Below are positions 10,333 through 21,549 of a DNA stretch of 64,000 bases, piece by piece (positions within the stretch are counted from its first letter, which is position 1; every line of letters starts with the position of its first letter). The position numbers were made by a program, and so were the translations under genes. The stretch lies in assembly GCF_044324875.1 (NCBI RefSeq), contig NZ_CP172185.1; one strand, 5' to 3'. Source of the DNA: Escherichia coli. Lineage in GTDB: Bacteria > Pseudomonadota > Gammaproteobacteria > Enterobacterales > Enterobacteriaceae. The notes beneath the pieces are model-generated. The model saw nothing but the letters and a program-made list of their open reading frames with translations, made no database searches and was not told the origin of the DNA.

Positions 10333-11223
10333 TCAGGCTGCCAGATCATCGTTTCCGATGGAAGCATAATAAGCTTTTTCTGCTTCTGCCGGTGGGATAT
10401 GGCCCAGCCTTTCCAGCAATCGTCGATTGTTATACCAGTCCACCCACGTGAGTGTGGCCAGCTCCACTTCTGTCCGGTTTTTCCAGCTCTTACGGTGTAT
10501 TACCTCCGCTTTGTAAAGGCCATTGATGCTCTCCGCCATCGCGTTGTCATACGAGTCACCAGTACTTCCTGTTGATGCCAGTAATCCGGCTTCCTTAAGC
10601 CGCTGTGTGTAGGCCAGCGATACATACTGAGAACCTTTATCACTGTGATGGACTGTGCCGGACGGTCGACGGGCCCATAACGCCTGCTCCAGAGCATCCA
10701 GCACGAATGTCGTTTCCATAGACGATGAGACCCGCCACCCCACGATGTATCCGGCAAACACATCAATGATGAACGCCACATAGACGACCCCCTGCCATGT
10801 GCTGACGTAAGTAAAATCAGCCACCCACAACTGGTCAGGACGTTCTGCCACAAACTGACGGTTTACGCGGTCGCCTGCGGCAACGGCTTTCCGGCTGACG
10901 GTAGTGCGGACCTTTTTACCCCGGAGAACACCGGCAAGTCCCATAACCGCCATGAGGCGCGCCACTGTACATCTGGCTACCCTGATTCCTTCCCGTAACA
11001 ACTGACGCCAGACTTTACGCACACCGTATACCTGATGATTCCCATCGTATACGCGCAGTATCTCTTTCTTCAGCCAGTCATCGCGCTGCGCACGGGCACT
11101 GCGTTTATCCGGATGATGTCGCTGTTGCTGACAGTGGTAATACGTTGACGGGGCAATATGTAGTTCACTGCATACCGGTCCGACCCCGTACAGCTTACGC
11201 AGCTTATCCAGCAGTGGCATCAC
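10333..11223 (-). CDS. IS629 transposase OrfB
   Basis: 296-aa ORF identical to copies 3 and 4. Confidence 0.85.
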   Translation of the reverse strand: MMPLLDKLRKLYGVGPVCSELHIAPSTYYHCQQQRHHPDKRSARAQRDDWLKKEILRVYDGNHQVYGVRKVWRQLLREGIRVARCTVARLMAVMGLAGVLRGKKVRTTVSRKAVAAGDRVNRQFVAERPDQLWVADFTYVSTWQGVVYVAFIIDVFAGYIVGWRVSSSMETTFVLDALEQALWARRPSGTVHHSDKGSQYVSLAYTQRLKEAGLLASTGSTGDSYDNAMAESINGLYKAEVIHRKSWKNRTEVELATLTWVDWYNNRRLLERLGHIPPAEAEKAYYASIGNDDLAA

Positions 11224-11546
11224 TTTTTCCAGAGGCGGTCGAACTCCGCCTTCGCAAAATAAGCGGAAGCCTGGCGAAGGATATCGTTACTGCGGCGCAG
11301 TTCACGATTTTCACGTTCCAGCTCTTTCAGACGCTGACGTTCAGCGGTGGTGAGCCCGCCATCACCGCCTCCGGTATCCCGCTCATGCTGGCGTACCCAG
11401 ACACGCAGAGTCTCCGGTGTACAGCCAATCTTTGGGGCAATGGAACAAATTGCCGCCCACTGTGAGTCATATTCGCCCTGACTTTCCAGAACCATACGAA
11501 TCGCCCTCTGACGGACTTCGGGGGAAAAACGAGTATTTTTAGTCAT
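11220..11546 (-). CDS. IS629 transposase OrfA
   Basis: 108-aa ORF identical to other copies. Confidence 0.85.
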   Translation of the reverse strand: MTKNTRFSPEVRQRAIRMVLESQGEYDSQWAAICSIAPKIGCTPETLRVWVRQHERDTGGGDGGLTTAERQRLKELERENRELRRSNDILRQASAYFAKAEFDRLWKK

Positions 11547-11600
11547 TCTGTTTACCTCTTTCTCAGGGAGTTTAGTCTCCAGGATTCCCGGGGCGGTTCA

Positions 11601-12608
11601 GTACTGCCGAATTAGCCCATTTGTGTTCTCATTTGTTCCCCGCTGCCAAGGACTCTGAGGATCGCAGAAGTAAACTTTAACGCCGGTGCTGACAGTAAAT
11701 TCTAGATGTCTGGCCAGTTCCATTCCTCTGTCCCATGTCAGTGATTTTCTGAGTTCTGACGGTAAACTCAGGAATTTGTCGGTAAGAGCCTGATTTACTG
11801 AGACAGAATCTTTGCCCCTGAGTCTAAGGATGATCGTATAACGTGATTTTCGGTCTACAAGTGTGGCTATATGAGAGTTTTTTGTACCTGAGACTAAATC
11901 GCCCTCCCAATGCCCCAGAGAGCGTCTGTTATCGATATTTCGGGAACGTTCGTGAATTGGTGTTCCGTTCACTATGTTAATCGTACCTCTTTCGCCTTTG
12001 CGGGTATGACGCCTGCCATGGCGAAGGCTATGCGACCGTCGCAGATGCTGTATATTCAGGTGGTGTAGCGCTTCACGGCTACGAAAGTACAGCGTTTTAT
12101 AAATTGTCTCAGGTGATATTCGCAGCGTTTTTTGACGTGGTTTTGTTCGCCTTAACCATCCTGATATTTGCTCTGGAGACCATTTCATCTCCAGCTTTTC
12201 CAGAACAAGCTTTCGCAATGGTAAATTTTGATCCAGTAAGCACGGTTTTGGCCTTTTCGCCATTCTGTTGGCTCGGTTATTAGCATCAACAGCTTTGTAA
12301 TAGCGTCTGCCCCGATTACGCTGAACTTCACGTGAGATCGTCGAAGGACTGCGATTCAGCGCAGTAGCTATCGCACGAATGCTCATTTTGGCTGACAAAC
12401 CAGCTCGTATCTCCTCGCGCTCAGACAGTGTCAGGTGAGCTACAGCCCGCTTACGCTCATGGGGTTTTATGCCGCCAGTATCCCTTAACATAGTGAAGAT
12501 CGTTCCGGGTTTTGAACCCAGGATATTCGCTATTTCACTGAAGCCTGTTCCGTTCTTCCATAGTTCAAAAACAGAGGCTTTTTCCTCTGCTGTAAATGTT
12601 CGTCTCAT
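11601..12608 (-). pseudogene. IS30 transposase, C-terminally truncated
   Basis: ORF 11598..12608 [20 protein letters not shown]...NENTNGLIRQY stops at the IS629 boundary; full IS30 transposase is longer. Confidence 0.8.
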
Positions 12609-12670
12609 TCAAAAAACCTCCGCAACCCCATGTTTTCACATAACTGTTGCGTTGACCAATTGAATCTACA
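11601..12670 (-). mobile_element. IS30, truncated (about 150 bp of its distal end replaced by IS629)
   Basis: Terminal repeat TGTAGATTCAATTGGTCAACGCAACAG... (reverse complement ending at 12670); transposase ORF loses its C-terminus at the IS629 junction. Confidence 0.8.
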
Positions 12671-13005
12671 GTAGCCTTTTTTAATATTTCATTTTCCATT
12701 TCAATACGTTGTAGCTTTTTCCTGAGCTCACGGATTTCAATTTGTTCCGGGGTAATGGGGGAGGCTTTTGGTGTTTTTCCCTGCCGCTCATCACGTAATT
12801 GTTTCACCCATCGCGTCATTGTGGAAAGGCCGACATCCATAGCGCTGGCTGCATCTGCCACGGTGTAATTCTGGTCAACGACCAGTTGAGCGGATTCGCG
12901 TTTAAACTCTGCGCTGAAATTTCTTTTTTTCATTATGGCACCTGTGTTGTTCTGAGGTGAGCATATCACCTCTGTTCAGGTGGCCAAATTCAGTAAACCA
13001 CTTCA
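12671..13005 (-). mobile_element. IS911 5' fragment (left terminal repeat plus orfA 5' part), interrupted by IS30
   Basis: Terminal repeat TGAAGTGGTTTACTGAATTTGGCCACC (reverse complement ending 13005); orf[24 protein letters not shown]... begins at 12933 and runs into IS30 sequence. Confidence 0.75.
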
Positions 13006-13164
13006 ATCACCCTGCGGGCATGCCGCAGGTCACTGCCGCTCAGGTTCTCCACCGTCACACCCGGTGGGATTGTTGGGTTTCTCATCGTGAGTTACCGGTT
13101 CAATATTCCAGACAGACTCGCGGTTCATTTAAGCATCCATGCCCGCCCTGAACTCCGGGCACAC
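13006..13164 (-). other. 159-bp fragment of a group II intron 5' end (domain I start), identical to 26800-26958
   Basis: Reverse complement begins GTGTGCCCGGAGTTCAGGGCGGGCATGG... directly after IS911 orfB codons ..GDVTY; ends abruptly at the IS911 left terminal repeat. Confidence 0.75.
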
Positions 13165-13380
13165 TATAGGTCACATCACCGCACCACACCTGATTTGGCT
13201 CGGTCACGGCGAACTGCCGTTCAAGGTAGTTAGGGATAGCAACATGTTCATGACCACCACGTTTATACCGGTGAGTCGGCTGCTGACAGCTGACCAGCCC
13301 CAGCTCCTTGGCAATTTGACGTCCTTTCAGGCCTGGTGACCCACCTAATAACTCTGAGACTGCCTTCAGCAAACCATCAC
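13165..13380 (-). pseudogene. IS911 orfB 5' fragment (up to the ..CGDVTY motif), lacking its own upstream IS911 sequence
   Basis: ORF 13100..13372 translation ..[53 protein letters not shown] then intron-derived residues; hsdR stop codon lies at 13387-13389. Confidence 0.6.
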
Positions 13381-13386
13381 TCCTTT

Positions 13387-16300
13387 CTACCTACCCACCA
13401 TTCGTTGCATACTTTGCGTCCACGAGGCTTTAAATGCTGAATCTCCTGCGAACAACTTGTAGAGCTCAAGTTCATCTTTACGGCGTTGCAGCATGATTTC
13501 CTTGAGCATTTTTTCGAAGGCCAAATCTCGATTATGGGGATCTGGGTTGTTTTTGTATTTCGATTCGAAGTCAGGGTGATTGCGGATACTTTCAGCGATG
13601 TTCACGAACTTAACCTTTTGCTCTTCAGGTGTGGCACTCCAGCCCTGGAACCATCGCTCATTAAATGTGCGAATGATTTCATCCAGCGGGTCAGTTTCTT
13701 TTTCACCGCCATGCACCCCACGTGGGTTCGGATTTTGAGGATCAAGCTCCGCTTCTTGGTCACTAAGTTTAATGCTGTGGTTAAGCTTCACACGTTGCAA
13801 ACCGTATGAACTCAGATCGACAGAATCGAGAAGCTCATCAATAGCATCAGCATCGGGATCTTCCACTTTCAATTTCGGTATTAAAAACTTCAGGAACCAA
13901 AACAGTTTTTCCCAGCTGACCATTTCATAAGGCATGATAGAAGCCATCTGCCCATAGATTTTAACGAACTGTTTGGCTTTAATCTTAAAGTCCACTTTAG
14001 CTTCAGCTTCAAGATCTAGTTCATGGTCAAACCGCGCTGCGGCAATATCAATGATTGGACTGAGTGTTTGGGCGTCTTCATTCTTGAAATAACGCGTCAC
14101 AAAGTCTTCAACTTCATACCACTCGTACACACCGACATCGTCCATTTCATCTTTCAACTCGTGCAGTACGTTTATATCTGTAGCTTGGGACAATGACGTT
14201 GCTGTATAGAAAGGATCGAATGCTGATTGAATATCTTCAACCGAGTTGAAAAAATCCAGGATAAACAAGTCTTCTGTTTTCTTCCCTAGCTTAGGTGCAC
14301 TGCGATTGAGCCTAGATAGCGCCTGAACACACAAGACACTGGCGAGCTTCTTATCTACATACATGGCGCAAAGCTTAGGCTGGTCAAACCCAGTCAGATA
14401 CTTGTTAGCAACCACTAAAAGTCGATACTCATCGGTATCAAACATATCTTTGGTATCTGACTCGGCAAAACCATTAATATCTGCTTCGGTATATTCAATA
14501 CCATCAACTTCTTTGGTTCCTGAGAAAGCAATGGCAACTTTAAACGGGTTTCCTTGCTCCTCAAGTATTCGCCTTATCGCTTTGTAGTATCGAATGGCCG
14601 CCTCAATATTTTGAGTGACCACCATTCCTTTACCTTTACCTTTGAGCTTTTTCGTATTCACGACATGCGGAACAAAATGCTCCAGCATAATCTCTGCCTT
14701 GATATCAATTGTTTGCTGGCTTCGTTCTACATAAGCTCTGAGTTTTTTCTGCGCCTTTTTGGTATCAAACTCAGGGTTATCAGCAATTGATTTCTCAATC
14801 TCATAATAACTTTTGTACGTCGTATAATTTGCCAGCACATCCAAGATGAAGCCTTCTTCAATGGCTTGTTTCATCGAATACAAGTGAAACGGCTTGTAAG
14901 AGCCATCTTCTTGGCGTTGACCAAATTTCTCCAAAGTGCTGTTTTTTGGTGTCGCTGTAAATGCCAGGTACGACGCATTCCCGCGCATCTTACGCGATCT
15001 CATCGCCTGAAGGATTTTATCCTGAGCATCTTCTGCCTCTTCGACTTCAGACTTGCCCATCGCTCGGTTCATATTGTCATGCGCCGAACCAGACTGTGAG
15101 CTGTGTGCTTCATCGATGATCACTGCAAAGCGCTTGTCACTAAGATCGGCGATACCATCAATAATGAACGGGAATTTCTGAATCGTCGTTATAATAATCT
15201 TTTTGCCATTCTCCAGCGCCTGCTTAAGCTCAGAAGACTTATTCGCTGGGGCAATAATGTTCTTTACTTCAGAAAACTCTTTAATGTTATCCCGCAGCTG
15301 CTTGTCCAATAGGCGTCTATCGGTGACCACAATCACAGAGTCAAACAACGGCTGCTCCAAGCTTTTTCCGCCTGCCACATCAGACGAAGCAGGATAGGTT
15401 TCAATTAGCTGATAAGCTGCCCAGGTAATCGAGTTAGACTTACCTGAACCGGCTGAGTGTTGAATTAAGTAAGTCTGACCGACACCGTGCTGGGCGGCAT
15501 GGTCTACTAATTTTCTCACCACATCCAATTGATGGTATCGAGGAAAGAACAGGGTTCGCTTTGGTAATGGATCTTTGCTTGACCCATCCAGACGCACAAA
15601 ATGCTGAATAATATTCGCCAAGCTGTCTTTAGTGAATACTTCTTGCCATAGGTATGCCGTTTTATGGCCAGATGGATTCGGCGGGTTGCCTTGTCCAAGA
15701 TTGTGACCTTTATTGAACGGCAAGAAGAATGTACTGCTACCTGATAACTTGGTGGTCATATACACTTCGTCGGTATCGACCGCCATATGCACTAGGCAGC
15801 GGCCAAAGGTCAGCAATGGCTGAGTTGCATCCCGATCATCTCGATACTGCTTTTGGCCGTGATAACGTGCTGTTTGCCCGGTCCATGCGTTCTTCAACTC
15901 CAGCGTTATCAAGGGTATTCCGTTGATAAACAATACCATGTCGATTTCTTGTAGGGGATTTACCATGGAATAGCGCACTTGGCGAGTACAACTAAACACG
16001 TTATCTGCAAAGTTTTGCTTTACCTTCTCACTACTACTTGCCAAAGGGGCTGGATAGAGCAAATTGAAATGAGCATCGTCTACGCTTAGCCCTTTCTTAA
16101 GTAAATGAAGAATGCCATGCTTCTTAATCAGTCGGTCAAATCGTTCGAGTAACTTACGTTGCCAATCTGAGGGGTTGTTCTTTTGCAGTTTGGCCAACTC
16201 TACTTCTTGTGTCTTTTGCAGAAATTGCCAGAAAAAACGTTCATCAATGGCATATTGCATATTAAAGTCACTAGCAGCACCAATGAAGTATCCAGCACCC

Positions 16301-16404
16301 AGTGACTGCTGACTCAGTCCCTCTTTAAGCTCTTCAGCACTGATCCCAGCCAGACATTTCTCAATGGCCGACTCTAATGCTTGTTCATTGGTTTGACTGA
16401 CCAT
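13387..16404 (-). CDS. hsdR: Type I restriction enzyme R subunit (HsdR): N-terminal PD-(D/E)xK nuclease plus SF2 helicase motors
   Basis: 1005-aa ORF; nuclease motif D..ELK ([17 protein letters not shown]), helicase motif [11 protein letters not shown], motif [10 protein letters not shown], motif III FTATP; last gene of an hsdM-hsdS-X-hsdR array. Confidence 0.85.
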   Translation of the reverse strand: MVSQTNEQALESAIEKCLAGISAEELKEGLSQQSLGAGYFIGAASDFNMQYAIDERFFWQFLQKTQEVELAKLQKNNPSDWQRKLLERFDRLIKKHGILHLLKKGLSVDDAHFNLLYPAPLASSSEKVKQNFADNVFSCTRQVRYSMVNPLQEIDMVLFINGIPLITLELKNAWTGQTARYHGQKQYRDDRDATQPLLTFGRCLVHMAVDTDEVYMTTKLSGSSTFFLPFNKGHNLGQGNPPNPSGHKTAYLWQEVFTKDSLANIIQHFVRLDGSSKDPLPKRTLFFPRYHQLDVVRKLVDHAAQHGVGQTYLIQHSAGSGKSNSITWAAYQLIETYPASSDVAGGKSLEQPLFDSVIVVTDRRLLDKQLRDNIKEFSEVKNIIAPANKSSELKQALENGKKIIITTIQKFPFIIDGIADLSDKRFAVIIDEAHSSQSGSAHDNMNRAMGKSEVEEAEDAQDKILQAMRSRKMRGNASYLAFTATPKNSTLEKFGQRQEDGSYKPFHLYSMKQAIEEGFILDVLANYTTYKSYYEIEKSIADNPEFDTKKAQKKLRAYVERSQQTIDIKAEIMLEHFVPHVVNTKKLKGKGKGMVVTQNIEAAIRYYKAIRRILEEQGNPFKVAIAFSGTKEVDGIEYTEADINGFAESDTKDMFDTDEYRLLVVANKYLTGFDQPKLCAMYVDKKLASVLCVQALSRLNRSAPKLGKKTEDLFILDFFNSVEDIQSAFDPFYTATSLSQATDINVLHELKDEMDDVGVYEWYEVEDFVTRYFKNEDAQTLSPIIDIAAARFDHELDLEAEAKVDFKIKAKQFVKIYGQMASIMPYEMVSWEKLFWFLKFLIPKLKVEDPDADAIDELLDSVDLSSYGLQRVKLNHSIKLSDQEAELDPQNPNPRGVHGGEKETDPLDEIIRTFNERWFQGWSATPEEQKVKFVNIAESIRNHPDFESKYKNNPDPHNRDLAFEKMLKEIMLQRRKDELELYKLFAGDSAFKASWTQSMQRMVGR

Positions 16405-16418
16405 AATTGTAAATTCCC

Positions 16419-17582
16419 TTAATCAAAATTCTTCTGTTTCATTGCCTCAGCCGCTTTTTGCAGCGGTCCTTTTAAGGCTTTTTCTAACTTTGTCATCTGC
16501 TCTAAGTGCCACGCAACCGCTTGGGGCCAAGTCTCTTTGTTAAACCCGTCAGCTTTGGTCGAAAACTGGATACGGCAAGATTTCTTCTCATCCAGCCTCA
16601 TCCACTCAAGTTCTGCACCAAAAGTATGCTCAATGTCTTGTTTGGACTGACTCAACAAATCAAAAAGGTATTTATTCTCTTCGGTAACCCCACGGCTGAT
16701 CCAAAGCTCTACTCGAAGCTCTTTTTGCAGAAATATCAGGTTATACGGACATCCACTTAGCCCTGAGCCTGCTGATAACCAATGATCTTTGCTTGGGCTA
16801 ATGTTGTTATAGAGTTGGCAAGAGCTTTTCTGAAACGCCTCTAAGGCACGCTCCCAGTACTCGCGACGCACGGTATGGCGGTTTTTTAGTACCACTTCGG
16901 TGGTTTTTTCTTCCGCTTCCTTGGCATTAATGCCGATCATCAACTCTTTCGCTTCTGGCGTTGGAATGATCTGGTCAATATTAATCAGTAGCTGTTCACC
17001 CAGTGAATAAGGCGTGATTTTGAAGCAGGCAATGCTAATGCCTTGACCCAATAACCACAGCGCGGTGCTGGTCACTTCTTTGCGAAAGTTTGCCGCAACT
17101 AACATAATGCGCTGGCTGTTACCCAGGTTGAGCTTTAACTCATCGAGATCGGGCGCATCCAAAAACTCACATATTCTAGCAGAGGCACTTGCAGGGGTAT
17201 TAAACAAGTCAACCTCTCCTGTTACAGGCTCATAGCGGTCTAAGTACTGCTGGTAAATTTCAACGATTTGCGCTTTGGTTAAACTTGCGCAGTAGGAGGC
17301 ATATTTAAGCGCCTGCCACACCACATCGCGGCCACTATCGTCCAGCTTGTTTTCAATAATGACCAAGTTGCCATCTTTATCCAGTGCCAGTAAATCTAAG
17401 CGTTCACGGGTGTCATCAAAGCCATCGAACTCTTTTTGAATAATCAGCAGCTCTTCACCCAGTGCGGAAGGCTCGTGTGCCAACCATTCCTGAAGATTTT
17501 TGCGCTCAGTAAAGCCCAACTCACTGAATCTCTTCGTCTTAACCGGACTAATCCTGTTGGTCTGATAATTTACCGTGAACAT
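16419..17582 (-). CDS. Uncharacterised protein with a PD-(D/E)xK-like nuclease motif, embedded between hsdS and hsdR
   Basis: 387-aa ORF; N-terminal LALDKDGNLVIIENK fits D-x(n)-E-x-K; start codon 10 nt after the reconstructed hsdS stop and 15 nt before hsdR; no family assigned with confidence. Confidence 0.6.
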   Translation of the reverse strand: MFTVNYQTNRISPVKTKRFSELGFTERKNLQEWLAHEPSALGEELLIIQKEFDGFDDTRERLDLLALDKDGNLVIIENKLDDSGRDVVWQALKYASYCASLTKAQIVEIYQQYLDRYEPVTGEVDLFNTPASASARICEFLDAPDLDELKLNLGNSQRIMLVAANFRKEVTSTALWLLGQGISIACFKITPYSLGEQLLINIDQIIPTPEAKELMIGINAKEAEEKTTEVVLKNRHTVRREYWERALEAFQKSSCQLYNNISPSKDHWLSAGSGLSGCPYNLIFLQKELRVELWISRGVTEENKYLFDLLSQSKQDIEHTFGAELEWMRLDEKKSCRIQFSTKADGFNKETWPQAVAWHLEQMTKLEKALKGPLQKAAEAMKQKNFD

Positions 17583-17646
17583 ATTCGCTTCCTATTGCTC
17601 AACCTGAACCGCCCCGGGTTTCCTGGAGAGTGTTTTATCTGTGAAC

Positions 17647-18537
17647 TCAGGCTGCCAGATCATCGTTTCCGATGGAAGCATAATAAGCTTTTTCTGCTTC
17701 TGCCGGTGGGATATGGCCCAGCCTTTCCAGCAATCGTCGATTGTTATACCAGTCCACCCACGTGAGTGTGGCCAGCTCCACTTCTGTCCGGTTTTTCCAG
17801 CTCTTACGGTGTATTACCTCCGCTTTGTAAAGGCCATTGATGCTCTCCGCCATCGCGTTGTCATACGAGTCACCAGTACTTCCTGTTGATGCCAGTAATC
17901 CGGCTTCCTTAAGCCGCTGTGTGTAGGCCAGCGATACATACTGAGAACCTTTATCACTGTGATGGACTGTGCCGGACGGTCGACGGGCCCATAACGCCTG
18001 CTCCAGAGCATCCAGCACGAATGTCGTTTCCATAGACGATGAGACCCGCCACCCCACGATGTATCCGGCAAACACATCAATGATGAACGCCACATAGACG
18101 ACCCCCTGCCATGTGCTGACGTAAGTAAAATCAGCCACCCACAACTGGTCAGGACGTTCTGCCACAAACTGACGGTTTACGCGGTCGCCTGCGGCAACGG
18201 CTTTCCGGCTGACGGTAGTGCGGACCTTTTTACCCCGGAGAACACCGGCAAGTCCCATAACCGCCATGAGGCGCGCCACTGTACATCTGGCTACCCTGAT
18301 TCCTTCCCGTAACAACTGACGCCAGACTTTACGCACACCGTATACCTGATGATTCCCATCGTATACGCGCAGTATCTCTTTCTTCAGCCAGTCATCGCGC
18401 TGCGCACGGGCACTGCGTTTATCCGGATGATGTCGCTGTTGCTGACAGTGGTAATACGTTGACGGGGCAATATGTAGTTCACTGCATACCGGTCCGACCC
18501 CGTACAGCTTACGCAGCTTATCCAGCAGTGGCATCAC
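17647..18537 (-). CDS. IS629 transposase OrfB
   Basis: 296-aa ORF identical to copies 2 and 4. Confidence 0.85.
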   Translation of the reverse strand: MMPLLDKLRKLYGVGPVCSELHIAPSTYYHCQQQRHHPDKRSARAQRDDWLKKEILRVYDGNHQVYGVRKVWRQLLREGIRVARCTVARLMAVMGLAGVLRGKKVRTTVSRKAVAAGDRVNRQFVAERPDQLWVADFTYVSTWQGVVYVAFIIDVFAGYIVGWRVSSSMETTFVLDALEQALWARRPSGTVHHSDKGSQYVSLAYTQRLKEAGLLASTGSTGDSYDNAMAESINGLYKAEVIHRKSWKNRTEVELATLTWVDWYNNRRLLERLGHIPPAEAEKAYYASIGNDDLAA

Positions 18538-18860
18538 TTTTTCCAGAGGCGGTCGAACTCCGCCTTCGCAAAATAAGCGGAAGCCTGGCGAAGGATATCG
18601 TTACTGCGGCGCAGTTCACGATTTTCACGTTCCAGCTCTTTCAGACGCTGACGTTCAGCGGTGGTGAGCCCGCCATCACCGCCTCCGGTATCCCGCTCAT
18701 GCTGGCGTACCCAGACACGCAGAGTCTCCGGTGTACAGCCAATCTTTGGGGCAATGGAACAAATTGCCGCCCACTGTGAGTCATATTCGCCCTGACTTTC
18801 CAGAACCATACGAATCGCCCTCTGACGGACTTCGGGGGAAAAACGAGTATTTTTAGTCAT
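18534..18860 (-). CDS. IS629 transposase OrfA
   Basis: 108-aa ORF. Confidence 0.85.
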   Translation of the reverse strand: MTKNTRFSPEVRQRAIRMVLESQGEYDSQWAAICSIAPKIGCTPETLRVWVRQHERDTGGGDGGLTTAERQRLKELERENRELRRSNDILRQASAYFAKAEFDRLWKK

Positions 18861-18914
18861 TCTGTTTACCTCTTTCTCAGGGAGTTTAGTCTCCAGGATT
18901 CCCGGGGCGGTTCA

Positions 18915-19526
18915 TTGGGAAGTTGTGCCTCTAAAAAGGTTGGCGGTCTTGAGCCCTTCTGTGAAAGTTTCAAATAGAAAGTCCAAAGAATTAGTTACTT
19001 TCTTAGCGATAGAAAAGGTTTCAACAGATGGATTTATTGATCAAGATACATTAATGCCTATATGTGATGTGAGCCAAGGTTTTACGGTTTTTAACCGGGG
19101 GGATGTGATTGTTGCAAAAATTACACCTTGCTTTGAAAATGGGAAATCTGCTTGGCTTAACAATCTTCAAACTGAGTTTGGTTACGGCTCAACCGAGTTT
19201 CACGTTTTAAGATGTGGTCAGAGAATTATAGGAAGTTTTCTCTACTTAATCGTTAGTTCGCCCCTTTTTCTTAATGCCGGTGAGGCTATGATGACTGGTT
19301 CAGCTGGTCAGAAGCGCGTGCCTAGTTCATTTATCCAAAACTTTCCTACCGCAATTCCCGGAGTTGCAGAGCAAGAAAAAATAGTATCAAAGGTAAAAGA
19401 GCTGTTTTCACAGATTGATGTTGTTGTGGCTTCTACGGTAAATCAAATCGAAAAGCTCAAAGAATACAAAACCACCCTGATCAACAGCGCCGTGACAGGA
19501 AAAATAAAAATCACCCCAGAAATGGT
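18915..19526 (+). pseudogene. hsdS: hsdS 3' half (second target-recognition domain and distal conserved region), inverted relative to the rest of the operon
   Basis: ORF 18925..19575 (GTG start artefact) ...QEKIVSKVKELFSQIDVVVASTVNQIEKLKEYKTTLINSAVTGKI... typical HsdS C-terminal repeat; reads on + while hsdM, hsdS 5' half and hsdR read on -. Confidence 0.75.
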
Positions 19527-19580
19527 TGAACCGCCCCGGGAATCCTGGAGACTAAACTCCCTGAGAAAGAGGTAAACAGA

Positions 19581-19907
19581 ATGACTAAAAATACTCGTTT
19601 TTCCCCCGAAGTCCGTCAGAGGGCGATTCGTATGGTTCTGGAAAGTCAGGGCGAATATGACTCACAGTGGGCGGCAATTTGTTCCATTGCCCCAAAGATT
19701 GGCTGTACACCGGAGACTCTGCGTGTCTGGGTACGCCAGCATGAGCGGGATACCGGAGGCGGTGATGGCGGGCTCACCACCGCTGAACGTCAGCGTCTGA
19801 AAGAGCTGGAACGTGAAAATCGTGAACTGCGCCGCAGTAACGATATCCTTCGCCAGGCTTCCGCTTATTTTGCGAAGGCGGAGTTCGACCGCCTCTGGAA
19901 AAAGTGA
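19581..19907 (+). CDS. IS629 transposase OrfA
   Basis: 108-aa ORF identical to other copies. Confidence 0.85.
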   Translation: MTKNTRFSPEVRQRAIRMVLESQGEYDSQWAAICSIAPKIGCTPETLRVWVRQHERDTGGGDGGLTTAERQRLKELERENRELRRSNDILRQASAYFAKAEFDRLWKK

Positions 19908-20794
19908 TGCCACTGCTGGATAAGCTGCGTAAGCTGTACGGGGTCGGACCGGTATGCAGTGAACTACATATTGCCCCGTCAACGTATTACCACTGTCAGC
20001 AACAGCGACATCATCCGGATAAACGCAGTGCCCGTGCGCAGCGCGATGACTGGCTGAAGAAAGAGATACTGCGCGTATACGATGGGAATCATCAGGTATA
20101 CGGTGTGCGTAAAGTCTGGCGTCAGTTGTTACGGGAAGGAATCAGGGTAGCCAGATGTACAGTGGCGCGCCTCATGGCGGTTATGGGACTTGCCGGTGTT
20201 CTCCGGGGTAAAAAGGTCCGCACTACCGTCAGCCGGAAAGCCGTTGCCGCAGGCGACCGCGTAAACCGTCAGTTTGTGGCAGAACGTCCTGACCAGTTGT
20301 GGGTGGCTGATTTTACTTACGTCAGCACATGGCAGGGGGTCGTCTATGTGGCGTTCATCATTGATGTGTTTGCCGGATACATCGTGGGGTGGCGGGTCTC
20401 ATCGTCTATGGAAACGACATTCGTGCTGGATGCTCTGGAGCAGGCGTTATGGGCCCGTCGACCGTCCGGCACAGTCCATCACAGTGATAAAGGTTCTCAG
20501 TATGTATCGCTGGCCTACACACAGCGGCTTAAGGAAGCCGGATTACTGGCATCAACAGGAAGTACTGGTGACTCGTATGACAACGCGATGGCGGAGAGCA
20601 TCAATGGCCTTTACAAAGCGGAGGTAATACACCGTAAGAGCTGGAAAAACCGGACAGAAGTGGAGCTGGCCACACTCACGTGGGTGGACTGGTATAACAA
20701 TCGACGATTGCTGGAAAGGCTGGGCCATATCCCACCGGCAGAAGCAGAAAAAGCTTATTATGCTTCCATCGGAAACGATGATCTGGCAGCCTGA
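19904..20794 (+). CDS. IS629 transposase OrfB
   Basis: 296-aa ORF identical to copies 2 and 3. Confidence 0.85.
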   Translation: MMPLLDKLRKLYGVGPVCSELHIAPSTYYHCQQQRHHPDKRSARAQRDDWLKKEILRVYDGNHQVYGVRKVWRQLLREGIRVARCTVARLMAVMGLAGVLRGKKVRTTVSRKAVAAGDRVNRQFVAERPDQLWVADFTYVSTWQGVVYVAFIIDVFAGYIVGWRVSSSMETTFVLDALEQALWARRPSGTVHHSDKGSQYVSLAYTQRLKEAGLLASTGSTGDSYDNAMAESINGLYKAEVIHRKSWKNRTEVELATLTWVDWYNNRRLLERLGHIPPAEAEKAYYASIGNDDLAA

Positions 20795-20836
20795 GTTCAC
20801 AGATAAAACACTCTCCAGGAAACCCGGGGCGGTTCA

Positions 20837-21543
20837 CAATGCTCTGGAATATCTCCAATCCAATCCACACCGGAGTCTTTCATTGGCACATTGGGATCAA
20901 GCCCTTGGGTCACCGCCTGTTGGATGATGATCTGCTTATGTTCTTTTAACAGATTAATTTGCTTTTCTTTGATCGAAATCGCTTCGTCGATTAGAGCGAT
21001 TTTCTTGTCTAGGAAGTTGGCGATACGGGTTTGTTGCTCATGGGGAGGAACAAACGTCTTAAAACTCAGAAATGAATCTTTAGGAATTGTATTTCTCAGG
21101 CCACGATAAAGCGGTTTAAGCATCTTTTTTGCATCAAGGTTCATATAAAAATAGTATAAAAACCTATTATCAAAATTGTCATTTAGTTCAAAAACGGTAT
21201 ATGCACCAGTAATCATCCCATTAAATGGCGACAACCCAACAGTTCTGGGTGTTTCTTCCACGTCGAACAAGCAGAAAATGAAATCTCCACACTGCACTTC
21301 TTGATAAGTATCGAACTCTGCTGGGAACTTACCCTCTGGGTTTTCCATATCACGCTTAATCACACCTCTGAGAGTAAGCGATAGCAAATCATATTCGCTT
21401 GAGCGTTTTCCAACCTGTTTTTTCTTCAAGCGAAAGATGTGCTTATTAGCTAATAAGCTCCAAGACGCAGGAATATCCCCTAGCCATTCAACACCTGAAT
21501 CCTTATAAACCTCATATTTCGGCATTTCAGAAATCTTCATCAT
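20837..21543 (-). pseudogene. hsdS: hsdS 5' half (first target-recognition domain and central conserved region), cut by IS629
   Basis: ORF 20797..21543; ...TRIANFLDKKIALIDEAISIKEKQINLLKEHKQIIIQQAVTQGLD...DIPEH then IS-derived read-through; start overlaps hsdM stop. Confidence 0.8.
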
Positions 21544-21549
21544 AACGAC

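Larger units (their letters stand above)
10291..11600 (-). mobile_element. IS629 copy 2 (complete, 1310 bp), no direct repeat
   Basis: Same termini as copy 1; flanks GAG / GTA differ, suggesting rearrangement or adjacent deletion. Confidence 0.85.
17605..18914 (-). mobile_element. IS629 copy 3 (complete), one arm of an inverted IS629 pair flanking an inverted hsdS segment
   Basis: Same termini; flanks ACC (left) and TTG (right) do not match each other but pair with the flanks of copy 4 after mental re-inversion. Confidence 0.85.
19527..20836 (+). mobile_element. IS629 copy 4 (complete), inverted relative to copy 3
   Basis: Same termini in opposite orientation; orfA 19581..19907 and orfB 19904..20794 on +. 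Confidence 0.85.

Noticed and set aside
13486-16312. Several 60-110 aa + strand ORFs inside hsdR
   Set aside because: Antisense to a long well-supported CDS, AT-rich frames with no motifs.
18925-19575. ORF suggesting an independent small + strand gene
   Set aside because: It is the inverted hsdS 3' half with a GTG start artefact and a C-terminus read into IS629.
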